A stretch of DNA of 64,000 bases, from assembly GCA_963720755.1 (NCBI GenBank), contig CAVRGP010000013.1, positions 64,001-128,000 of the forward strand, written 5' to 3'. Source of the stretch: an uncultured Chloroflexia bacterium. Lineage in GTDB: Bacteria > Chloroflexota > Limnocylindria > Limnocylindrales > CSP1-4. Position 1 is the first letter of the stretch. Every line of letters begins with the position of its first letter. A program made the translations under genes and the position numbers. Of this stretch, positions 1 to 7,982 are shown in pieces. The notes beneath the pieces were generated by a model. That model worked only from the letters and a program-made list of their open reading frames with translations. It did not search any database and had not been told where the DNA came from.

Positions 1-64
1 TGAGGATCCCCGCGATGATCGTGCGTGCGCGCATCGATACCTCCAAGGGTGGCATCCTAGCCCG

Positions 65-832
65 ATGGACGAGATGACACCGAGCCCACGCCGGGCTGGT
101 CGGATGTGGGTCACCCCGAACGCTGCCCGGATCCTCGCCGGGAACGCCGACGTGACCGAGGATGAGAGCCTCCTCGAGCGGCAACCAGCCACCGAATTCC
201 TCGGCACCGACCCGTGGCGCGCGCTTCGGATCCTGTCCGAATTCGTCGAAGGCTTCGATGCGATGGCGAGGGTCGGCCCGGCCGTGACCGTGTTCGGTTC
301 GGCCCGGACCAAGCCGGATGGACCCGAGTACGAACAGGCCCGGGTGATCGGCCGGCTGCTGGCCGATGCGGGGTATGCGGTGATCACCGGCGGCGGACCC
401 GGGGCGATGGAAGCCGCCAATCGTGGCTGTCGCGATGCTGGAGGATTGTCGGTCGGCTGCAACATCGAGCTGCCCCACGAACAGGGGATGAACCCATATG
501 TCGACCTTGGCGTCGAGTTCCGCTACTTCTTCGCCCGCAAGGTCATGTTCGTCAAGTACGCCGACGGGTTCGTCATCCTGCCCGGGGGATTCGGCACGCT
601 CGACGAGCTGTTCGAGTCCCTGACCCTGATCCAGGTCGGCAAGGTCAGGCACTTCCCGATCGTCCTGTTCGGTCGCGCGTACTGGGCGGGGCTGATCGAC
701 TGGCTCCGCGGGACGCTGCTCGCCCACGGCTCGATCGCGGCCGGCGATCTCGACCTCTTCCACGTGACCGACGACCCCGCCGAGGTCGTCGAGCTGATCC
801 GGACACACCGGGTCGAGGGCGACGCCCACTGA
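65..832 (+). CDS. LOG family (TIGR00730-like) nucleotide phosphoribohydrolase
   Basis: Motifs VTVFGSAR, ITGGGPGAMEAAN, FFARKVMFVKY and PGGFGTLDE. Confidence 0.92.
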   Translation: MDEMTPSPRRAGRMWVTPNAARILAGNADVTEDESLLERQPATEFLGTDPWRALRILSEFVEGFDAMARVGPAVTVFGSARTKPDGPEYEQARVIGRLLADAGYAVITGGGPGAMEAANRGCRDAGGLSVGCNIELPHEQGMNPYVDLGVEFRYFFARKVMFVKYADGFVILPGGFGTLDELFESLTLIQVGKVRHFPIVLFGRAYWAGLIDWLRGTLLAHGSIAAGDLDLFHVTDDPAEVVELIRTHRVEGDAH

Positions 833-842
833 CGCGGGGCGT

Positions 843-1325
843 TCAGTCCGGTCCGATGGCGACCTCGACGAGTCCGTCGACGATCCGGACGGGGTAGTAG
901 CGCAGCCGTCGGACTCGGGTCAGCCGGCGTGCCTCCGCCTTCCTGCCGGGCACATCCGCTTTCATCTCCCGGCCGCTCGGGGTCCAGGTCGGGTGGTACC
1001 CACCGTCGGCATCCAGCCCTCCGGTCGTCGGCATCTGGACCGTCTCGCCGGTTGACAGGTCGAACCGGCCCTCGTGGAGCGGACACGCCACAACGCAGCC
1101 GTCGAGGTCACCGATCGACAGTGGCGCGCTCATGTGCGGACAGCGGTCGTCGACCGCCACGATCCCGACGGAGGTATGCGCGATCAGGATGTCGCGGTCG
1201 CCACGGCTGACCCGCCGGAGACTGCCGGGTGGCAGGTCGGCGAGGTCCACCGTGAGTTCGAACGGCGCGCCCTCGGTCCCGACCGCCCGCAGGTGGGCAG
1301 GGAACGGCGCGATCCGGGCGGTCAT
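843..1325 (-). CDS. Rieske [2Fe-2S] ferredoxin-like protein
   Basis: Rieske ligands RCPH and ACPLH; start moved to ATG 1325 (MTARIAPF), just downstream of the MFS stop. Confidence 0.85.
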   Translation of the reverse strand: MTARIAPFPAHLRAVGTEGAPFELTVDLADLPPGSLRRVSRGDRDILIAHTSVGIVAVDDRCPHMSAPLSIGDLDGCVVACPLHEGRFDLSTGETVQMPTTGGLDADGGYHPTWTPSGREMKADVPGRKAEARRLTRVRRLRYYPVRIVDGLVEVAIGPD

Positions 1326-1353
1326 CCGGCCATGGGGTGCCCGATCGGCCCCA

Positions 1354-3093
1354 CTACTCGGCCGTCGGTGAACCACCGACGATGGCCGCGCTATCCGCCC
1401 CCGTCGGGGTCGTCGCGGCAGGCGATGATGAGCCGGCCGGTACCGCGTCGCCGATCGTCGTCCGAAGGGCGTGCTCGTGCATCGTCGACGCGGCGACCGC
1501 CGCCACGATCGCGGCAACGACCCCGATCCAGAAGGTCTGGGCGATGGCCAGGCTGAAGGCCTCGTGGATCCCGGTCACGATCGCGTCGACGACCGGTGCC
1601 GCGGACGGGATCACCGCCACGATCGCCGTGCCGAGATCGACCCCGACCCCGACCAGCTTGTTGAAGTCGAGCACGCCGGTCGCGGCCGCCTGACCGAACG
1701 CTCCGAGAACGTCGGGCGGGACCCCGGCGCTGGTGAGGCTCGGACCGATCTGTTCGGTGAACGAGGTCGCGAACACGGTCCCGACGACGGCCAGCGAGAC
1801 CGATCCACCGATCTGGCGGAAGAAGGTCAGGTTCGACGTCGCCACGCCGAGCTCACTGAACGGCACGGCATTCTGGACGATGATCGTGAACACGGAGAAC
1901 GTCGGTCCGACGCCGAGGCCGGCGACGAACATCCAGAACGCGAGGAGGAGCAACGGGGTCTCCGCGGTCAGCTGGGTCATCAGCAGCATCGCGACCGCCA
2001 GCAGGATGATCGCACCCACCGTCATCCACTTGTAGCGACCGGTCCTCGACACGATCAGCCCCGACACGATCGAGCTGAAGATCAAACCGATCATGAGCGG
2101 CAGCAGGGCCAGCCCCGAATCGGTCGGCGTGAAGCCGTGGACGAACTGGAACCAGCGCGGCAGGAAGATCACCGCCCCGAAGAAGGCGAACGCCGCGAAG
2201 AAGACCGAGATCATCGAACTGGAATAGGTCCGGTTGCGGAAGAGGCCCAGCGGGATGATCGGCTCGACCGCCCGAGCCTCGGCCAGGATGAACATGACGA
2301 TCCCGATCAGCCCGGCCAGGATCAGACCGCCGACAGCCGGGTCGGTCCAGGCGTTGAGCTGCCCGGTCGAATCCGTCAGGCCCTTGTTGGTGAGTCCGAG
2401 CAGGAACAGGCTGATGGCGATCGTGAAGATGACCCCGCCGAGGATGTCGAAGTTGCGCGTGGCGCGGGCCGTCTTGACGGTCGGGAGCAGTCGCGAGATC
2501 ACGAACAGGGCGACCAGCCCGATCGGGATGTTGACGTAGAAGATCAGGTGCCAGCTGAAGTTCTCGGTCAGCCAGCCGCCGACGAGCGGTCCGACGATGA
2601 AGGCGATGCCGAAAACGCCACCGAAGAGACCCTGGTACTTGCCGCGCTCCTTCGGCGTGAACAGGTCGCCGATGACCGCGAGGGCCACTGGGAAGATCGA
2701 TCCGGCGCCGATCCCCTGGATCCCGCGGAACAGGATGAGCATGGCCATGTTCTGGCTCAGCCCGCACAGGGCGGATCCGATCAGGAAGATCGTGATGCCG
2801 ATCATGAAGATCGGCTTGCGGCCGTACAGGTCGGACAGCTTGCCCCAGAACGGGACGCTGACGGTGCTGGTCAGGAGATAGATCGTGACGGCCCAGACGT
2901 AGTAGTCGTTGCCGTTCAGCTGGGTGACGATCGTCGGCAGGGCCGGGCCGACGATCGTCTGGTCGAGGGCGCCGAGGAACAGGCCCAGCATGACCGCGAA
3001 GAGGATCTCCATCTTCTCGCGGTGGCTGAGGCCGAGCGCCGGGTCTTCTTCCAGCGATGGCGTGTGGATCTCGTCGACCGGGAATGCTTCCAT
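1354..3093 (-). CDS. MFS drug:H+ antiporter, DHA2 (EmrB/QacA-like)
   Basis: LDQTIVGPALP, GKLSDLYGRK, about 14 hydrophobic segments. Confidence 0.93.
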   Translation of the reverse strand: MEAFPVDEIHTPSLEEDPALGLSHREKMEILFAVMLGLFLGALDQTIVGPALPTIVTQLNGNDYYVWAVTIYLLTSTVSVPFWGKLSDLYGRKPIFMIGITIFLIGSALCGLSQNMAMLILFRGIQGIGAGSIFPVALAVIGDLFTPKERGKYQGLFGGVFGIAFIVGPLVGGWLTENFSWHLIFYVNIPIGLVALFVISRLLPTVKTARATRNFDILGGVIFTIAISLFLLGLTNKGLTDSTGQLNAWTDPAVGGLILAGLIGIVMFILAEARAVEPIIPLGLFRNRTYSSSMISVFFAAFAFFGAVIFLPRWFQFVHGFTPTDSGLALLPLMIGLIFSSIVSGLIVSRTGRYKWMTVGAIILLAVAMLLMTQLTAETPLLLLAFWMFVAGLGVGPTFSVFTIIVQNAVPFSELGVATSNLTFFRQIGGSVSLAVVGTVFATSFTEQIGPSLTSAGVPPDVLGAFGQAAATGVLDFNKLVGVGVDLGTAIVAVIPSAAPVVDAIVTGIHEAFSLAIAQTFWIGVVAAIVAAVAASTMHEHALRTTIGDAVPAGSSSPAATTPTGADSAAIVGGSPTAE

Positions 3094-3098
3094 CTAGG

Positions 3099-3614
3099 TC
3101 AGTTCCCCTCCAGGGATTCGTGCGTATGGTGGGCGCCGGACCTCGGGTCCGACGAGGCGGATTCGATCGCGACGCGGATGCTTGCCATGGCCGAGGCGAC
3201 CCCGGCGACCTGGTCCTCCCGGAGTCCGTCGAGGACCTGTTCGATCAGCTCGGCGCGGACCAGTTCGACGTCATCGAGCATCTGTCGTCCGGCATCGGTG
3301 ATCCGGGCCAAAACGACCCGGCGATCCTCCGGGACACGGATCCGCTCGACGAACCCGCGTTCCTCGACCCGATCGACCAGTCCGGTGGCAGCCGACATCG
3401 AGACGTCGAGCATCTCGGCGAGGCGGCTCATCGGCAGCTCGCCGTGACGCTCCAGAAGGTGCATCACGTGGAGTTGGGTCATGCTGATACCCAGCCGCAC
3501 GAGGCGCTCGCTGCCGATGCACTTGAGCTCGCCCAGCGATGCCTTGACATCGGCGATGATCGTCGCCTTCACGTCTGCTGTCGCCGGGTGCGTCGCTGGG
3601 GCCGTAGTTCGCAT
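3099..3614 (-). CDS. MarR family transcriptional regulator
   Basis: Winged HTH LPMSRLAEMLDVSMSAATGLVDRVEERGFVER followed by DRR; start set at ATG 3614. Confidence 0.9.
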   Translation of the reverse strand: MRTTAPATHPATADVKATIIADVKASLGELKCIGSERLVRLGISMTQLHVMHLLERHGELPMSRLAEMLDVSMSAATGLVDRVEERGFVERIRVPEDRRVVLARITDAGRQMLDDVELVRAELIEQVLDGLREDQVAGVASAMASIRVAIESASSDPRSGAHHTHESLEGN

Positions 3615-3625
3615 GTCGCGAACTA
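3605..3625. promoter_or_regulatory. Putative MarR operator (inverted repeat TAGTTCGC-N5-GCGAACTA)
   Basis: Perfect 8-bp arms straddling the marR start codon, next to an AT-rich stretch containing TATGAT on the minus strand. Confidence 0.55.
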
Positions 3626-3683
3626 TCATATGGATACGAACGATCTCGTCAAGCTGAACAATCAGCCCTAGCCGGAGGATCTC

Positions 3684-4664
3684 GTGCGCTTCGCTCTCAT
3701 GCTGGAATCGCAGATGGGATTGACCTACGCCGACCACGTCGCGATCGCGAAACGGGCCGAGGCGAACGGTCTCGAGGCGCTCTTCCGGTCGGACCATTTC
3801 GCGAGCTTCCCGGGTCCGGACGGCAACCGCACGACCGACGCCTGGACGGTCATGGCCGGACTGGCTCGCGACACGGACCGGATCGGGCTTGGGGTCCTCG
3901 TATCGCCGGTCACGTTCCGGCACCCCGGGACGTTCGCCAAGGTGGTGACGACGGTCGACGAGATGAGCGGCGGTCGGATCGAGGTCGGCGTCGGGGCCGG
4001 TTGGAACGAACTCGAACACCGCCAGCTCGGACTCGACTTCCCGTCGATCAACGAACGAGCGGACCTGATGGAGGACCAGCTGGCCATCCTCCACGGGTTG
4101 TGGGGTGAACCCGACGGCTGGGCCTATGACGGACTCCGGGTCACGATCCGCGATGCCGTGTTCCACCCGAAACCGATGGACGTGCCGGGCCGGCCACGAA
4201 CCGCGATCGGCGGGGCGAGGCCCCGGATCCTGGTGGGCGGCCAGGGATCGCCACGGTCCTACCGCCTGGCCGCCCGCTACGCGGACGAATTCAACCTGAG
4301 CTCGTCCGATGCCACCAAGGCGGCGATCGTGGCCAACGCCCTCGATGCTGCGTGCCGCGAGATCGATCGCGACCCCTCGACCCTGGCTCGGTCGACCATG
4401 GCGGGCGTGCTCATCGGACGGACGGAGGCGGAGATGACCGCCCGAACGGAGGCGGTGCGTGCCGTTGTCGACCCGGACGGGGACGATGCGGCCTGGCTCG
4501 AAGAGCGGCTCGGGCGCTGGATCGCCGGGACCCCGGAGCAGGCGCGGGAGGGCGTCAGGCGCTTCGCCGACGCTGGGATCGAGCGGATCATGCTCCAGGA
4601 CTTCCTGCCCTGGGACCTCGACATGATCGATGTCATCGGCGAGGTCCTGGTCGGCGCCGTCTGA
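3684..4664 (+). CDS. LLM-class flavin/F420-dependent oxidoreductase
   Basis: FRSDHF, GVLVSPVTFRHP, DEMSGGRIEVGVGAGW; GGAGG RBS before the GTG start. Confidence 0.9.
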   Translation: MRFALMLESQMGLTYADHVAIAKRAEANGLEALFRSDHFASFPGPDGNRTTDAWTVMAGLARDTDRIGLGVLVSPVTFRHPGTFAKVVTTVDEMSGGRIEVGVGAGWNELEHRQLGLDFPSINERADLMEDQLAILHGLWGEPDGWAYDGLRVTIRDAVFHPKPMDVPGRPRTAIGGARPRILVGGQGSPRSYRLAARYADEFNLSSSDATKAAIVANALDAACREIDRDPSTLARSTMAGVLIGRTEAEMTARTEAVRAVVDPDGDDAAWLEERLGRWIAGTPEQAREGVRRFADAGIERIMLQDFLPWDLDMIDVIGEVLVGAV

Positions 4665-4706
4665 GCCGGGCGCCCGGCGGTTCGCGCTCGAGCGTCCATC
4701 CCGGGG

Positions 4707-5900
4707 TCACCCCTCGGCGGCGGCCGCGGCTGCCAGATAGACCGGGTCGTCGCGACGGATGAGATCGGGATCGGTCCCGCGGGCGCGGGCCAGTCGCTCG
4801 GTCAACAGCTGGAGCGGCGTCACGCCGCCGATCAGCGCTGCGATCGCCGCGGGGACCTCGGTCCCTGCCCCGACGATGAGCCGGCCGGCCGGGGTCAGTG
4901 CCTGGTGGAGCCCCGTGTCGACCTCGTCGCTCACGATCGCAGCGGCCCGGACGCCGATGATCTGCGCAGCCTCCAGTGCCTCTCGCGCGCGGGCCACCCG
5001 CTCGTCGCGTCGATCCCGATCCGTCAGGACCACGACGAGGCCGGTCGTCGGCCCGGTCGCCGGCAGGTGGCCGTGGAGGAACGTCTCGAGGTCGCGGTAG
5101 GCCGACGGCAGCCAGGCTGCCTCCTCGATCTTCAGGACGAGTTCGCGGCCGGTCGGTCGGTCGGAGCCGGAGGCGATGACGATGAGCTGGGTCGCACCGG
5201 CCAGGCTCGCAGCGATGGCTTCGGCCGCGGTCTCGTCCCTGGAGCCCTCGGCCAGGATCCGGGCTGCGACCTCGGGATCGATCGGTCGGCCTGTGATCGC
5301 CCCGGCGATCGCGGTCGCGGCCAGGATCGGGCTGAGGTAGCCGACGGTGTGACACCAGCCGTGATCGAGCTCGGACGTCTCGACCACGCCGTCGGCGATG
5401 GCCCCGATCGGGGACCGACGGCTCACCGTCAACGCTGCGGTCCGACGACCTGCGGACCGGGCCGCCTGGAGGGCGGCGTTCGTCGCCGGGGTACCGCCGT
5501 CGTGCGATACACCGATGACCAGACCCCTGGCCGGCGGTTCGAGCGACAGCTCGAATGCCTGTTCGGACGTGACCGAAACCACGGGGAACCCGGCATCTCC
5601 GGCGGCCTCGCGAAGGATCTCCGCCGTGGCGAGCGCCCCGTGTTCCGAGGTGCCGCAGCCGGTGACGGTGACCGGGTCTCCGTCCTCGAGCGTGGCCCGG
5701 ATCGACTCGGCGAGCGCCTTGACCGCGCCGTCGTTCGCCAGGCGAGTCAGCATCCGGCGGGCAAGTGCGGGTTCGGCCGCGATCATGTCGGTCATGTGAT
5801 ACGGAACGCCGCCGCGGGCCACCGGCATCGGTGCCGGTTCCCAGGGTTCGGGCGGTCCCGCGAGCGGCGCGGCTGGGTCGAACGTGGGTCCGGAAGTCAT
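4707..5900 (-). CDS. SIS-domain sugar-phosphate isomerase/deglycase-like protein
   Basis: TGCGTS, GVSHDGGT, LKIEE and ETFLHG motifs of GlmS/FrlB-type double SIS proteins; no GATase domain; AAGGAG RBS upstream of ATG 5900. Confidence 0.85.
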   Translation of the reverse strand: MTSGPTFDPAAPLAGPPEPWEPAPMPVARGGVPYHMTDMIAAEPALARRMLTRLANDGAVKALAESIRATLEDGDPVTVTGCGTSEHGALATAEILREAAGDAGFPVVSVTSEQAFELSLEPPARGLVIGVSHDGGTPATNAALQAARSAGRRTAALTVSRRSPIGAIADGVVETSELDHGWCHTVGYLSPILAATAIAGAITGRPIDPEVAARILAEGSRDETAAEAIAASLAGATQLIVIASGSDRPTGRELVLKIEEAAWLPSAYRDLETFLHGHLPATGPTTGLVVVLTDRDRRDERVARAREALEAAQIIGVRAAAIVSDEVDTGLHQALTPAGRLIVGAGTEVPAAIAALIGGVTPLQLLTERLARARGTDPDLIRRDDPVYLAAAAAAEG

Positions 5901-6007
5901 GCGCATCTCCTTCGAAGCCGATCGAGGATAGGCTTTACCTGTCCACGCCGGTCGGCGGGCTCGCAAGGTGCGACAGCCCGGATCGGATGACGCCGCGAGG
6001 AGGGCAG

Positions 6008-6892
6008 ATGCAGGTCGGGTTGATGGCGCCGCAGGGCTGGAAGGGCGAGTACGACGGGTGGGCGCCGGCGGAGGCCTGGGCGCGAACGGTCGAACTCGCT
6101 CAGCACGCAGAAGCCGCCGGGTTCGAGGCCCTCTGGGTGTTCGATCATTTCCACACGGTCCCGCGACCGACCGACGAGATCACCTTCGAGTCGTTCTCCG
6201 TGCTCGCCGCGCTGGCGATGGCGACGACCCGCGTGCGCCTCGGCCACATGGTCATCTGCGCCGGATTTCGGAACCCGGCGCTCACCGCGAAGCTGTCGTC
6301 GACGCTCGATGTCATCAGCGGTGGGCGGTTCGAGCTCGGGATCGGCGCGGGCTGGAAGGAGGAGGAGTGGCGCGCCTACGGCTACGGATTCCCCACGCTC
6401 GCCGAGCGGATGGGTGCCCTGGGCGATCAGCTCGAGATCATCACCGCGATGCTGTCCCCCGACCGATCGACGTATGACGGCGCGTACCACAGCGTCCGCG
6501 GTGCGATCAACGTCCCGACCGGTCTCCAGCAGCCGCGCATCCCGATCATCGTGGGTGGCAACGGGAAGCAGGTGACGGCGGGGTACGCCATCCGCTACGC
6601 CGACGAACTCAACTATGTGTTCCTCGAATCCGGGGAGGTCGCGGCCCGGATGGCGTCGGTCCGCCAGCGCTGCGAGGACGAGGGTCGCGATCCGGCGAGC
6701 CTTCGCTTCTCCCTCTACGTCTCGGACGAGGCCATGCGGACCGCGGGCCAGGCACGGATCGACACCGTGGCCGAGTTCGCCGCGATCGGGCTGGACCGGC
6801 TCGTGTGCTTCCCGACACGCTGGTCACCGACCGTCGAAGCCCAGGAAGCGTTCGCCGCGGACTGCCGCGCCGCCGGTATCCTCCTCGGCTAG
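6008..6892 (+). CDS. LLM-class flavin/F420-dependent oxidoreductase
   Basis: WVFDHFH, RNPALTAK, DVISGGRFELGIGAGW; GAGGAGG RBS. Confidence 0.9.
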   Translation: MQVGLMAPQGWKGEYDGWAPAEAWARTVELAQHAEAAGFEALWVFDHFHTVPRPTDEITFESFSVLAALAMATTRVRLGHMVICAGFRNPALTAKLSSTLDVISGGRFELGIGAGWKEEEWRAYGYGFPTLAERMGALGDQLEIITAMLSPDRSTYDGAYHSVRGAINVPTGLQQPRIPIIVGGNGKQVTAGYAIRYADELNYVFLESGEVAARMASVRQRCEDEGRDPASLRFSLYVSDEAMRTAGQARIDTVAEFAAIGLDRLVCFPTRWSPTVEAQEAFAADCRAAGILLG

Positions 6893-7293
6893 GACCCGAT
6901 CGGCCGCGGCGGGATCAGGCCGATCCGGCGAAGTGGGGCGTAGCGGAACCACGCCCGCCCGACGAGCATGTCCACCGGTACCGGGCCGTATCGCCGGGAG
7001 TCGATCGGCTCCCCGAACCCAGCGGCCGCAGTGTCGTCGGCCCCGGCGTCGCTCAGGAGCCACGCTTCATCGTCGGCCAGTTCCAGGTACCCGTCGGCAA
7101 ATGCCACGCGTTCGCCCGGACGCGCGGCCACGCGCTTGATCGAGAGCGTGCCGGCGTCCGGCTCGCGGAACACCACCACGGAACCGCGGCGCGGCCAACG
7201 GGCCACGGTGGGATCGATCAGCAGCCAGTCGCCGGGCGCGATGGCCGGTGCCATGCTCGCCTCGGCGACCGCGATGCGCCAAGGCCCGCGCAG
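6889..7293 (-). CDS. sodX: Nickel-SOD maturation protease (S26 family); start uncertain
   Basis: Directly downstream of sodN; AVAEASMAPAIAPGDWLL and SIKRV (Ser-Lys dyad) plus DSRRYGPVP. The first ATG (7254) omits the catalytic Ser; CTG at 7293 is used tentatively. Confidence 0.8.
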   Translation of the reverse strand: MRGPWRIAVAEASMAPAIAPGDWLLIDPTVARWPRRGSVVVFREPDAGTLSIKRVAARPGERVAFADGYLELADDEAWLLSDAGADDTAAAGFGEPIDSRRYGPVPVDMLVGRAWFRYAPLRRIGLIPPRPIGS

Positions 7294-7328
7294 CCTTTCC
7301 GCGCGGGCGCCGGTCCGGCGGGGAGGAC

Positions 7329-7742
7329 CTACTTCTTGGTCGCCCAGAAGATGTCGCTGAACTCCTTGACCGCCGCCTCGAGCTGCGCGGCCGCCTCGGC
7401 ATCGACGCTCTGCTTGTTCTTGCCGGCAAGCTTGAGCAGTTTCCAGACCTTGTCATGCAGGTCCGGATACGTGGCGAGGTGTTCCGGCTTGAAGTAGTCG
7501 GACCAGATGATCTGGACCTCGCGCTTGACCTTCTCGGCGTGGTCTTCCTTGACCCGGACGCAGCGGCTGAACTTGTTGCGCGTCTCCGTGTCGTTCCCGT
7601 CGAGACCGTTGATCAGCTCGACCATCCGGGCCACGGTGCGGGCCGCGACCTCGGCTTCATGTGGATCGTAGATACCGCAGGGGATGTCGCAGTGGGCGTA
7701 CGCCGTCGTCGTCGGGGCGAGCCAGCTGGTCAGTCGAGACAT
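7329..7742 (-). CDS. sodN: Nickel superoxide dismutase precursor
   Basis: Nickel hook HCDIPCGIY after a 16-aa leader; IWSDYFK and C-terminal FWATKK; AAAGGAG RBS. Confidence 0.96.
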   Translation of the reverse strand: MSRLTSWLAPTTTAYAHCDIPCGIYDPHEAEVAARTVARMVELINGLDGNDTETRNKFSRCVRVKEDHAEKVKREVQIIWSDYFKPEHLATYPDLHDKVWKLLKLAGKNKQSVDAEAAAQLEAAVKEFSDIFWATKK

Positions 7743-7793
7743 GGGACTCCTTTGGGGCTGGAGGGTGGGCCTGGCCGTCGTCTCTGTCCCTGA

Positions 7794-7865
7794 AGTCTCA
7801 GAGCCATCGACAAGGCTGTCAAACGCCCGGGTTTGACAGGCACCAGTCGCTCGCATACGGTCACG
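7794..7865. promoter_or_regulatory. Back-to-back divergent promoters for sodN and glgX
   Basis: Palindrome CTGTCAAAC-N6-GTTTGACAG (7816-7839) gives TTGACA on both strands; plus strand TTGACA-N17-TACGGT, minus strand TTGACA-N17-GAGACT. Confidence 0.6.
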
Positions 7866-7982
7866 AAACCCCTTCGATCGGACCTCCCGCACGCCTCCCG
7901 GAGCCAACCATCGGCGCCTTCGCGTCCACCGCGCCCACCCTGACCGAGCCCGCCTCGCCGGCATCGCCGCCACGATCCCGCC

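Noticed and set aside
1471-3447. Long antisense and alternative-frame ORFs (for example 1471-3447, 10121-13021, 16235-18733, 47207-50902, 52876-55131, 58396-60489)
   Set aside because: They shadow well-supported genes and are expected from stop-codon scarcity at high GC; no family motifs seen
7743-7800. NiCo riboswitch upstream of sodN
   Set aside because: The predicted leader is only about 45 nt and I see no four-way junction; an Rfam search would be needed
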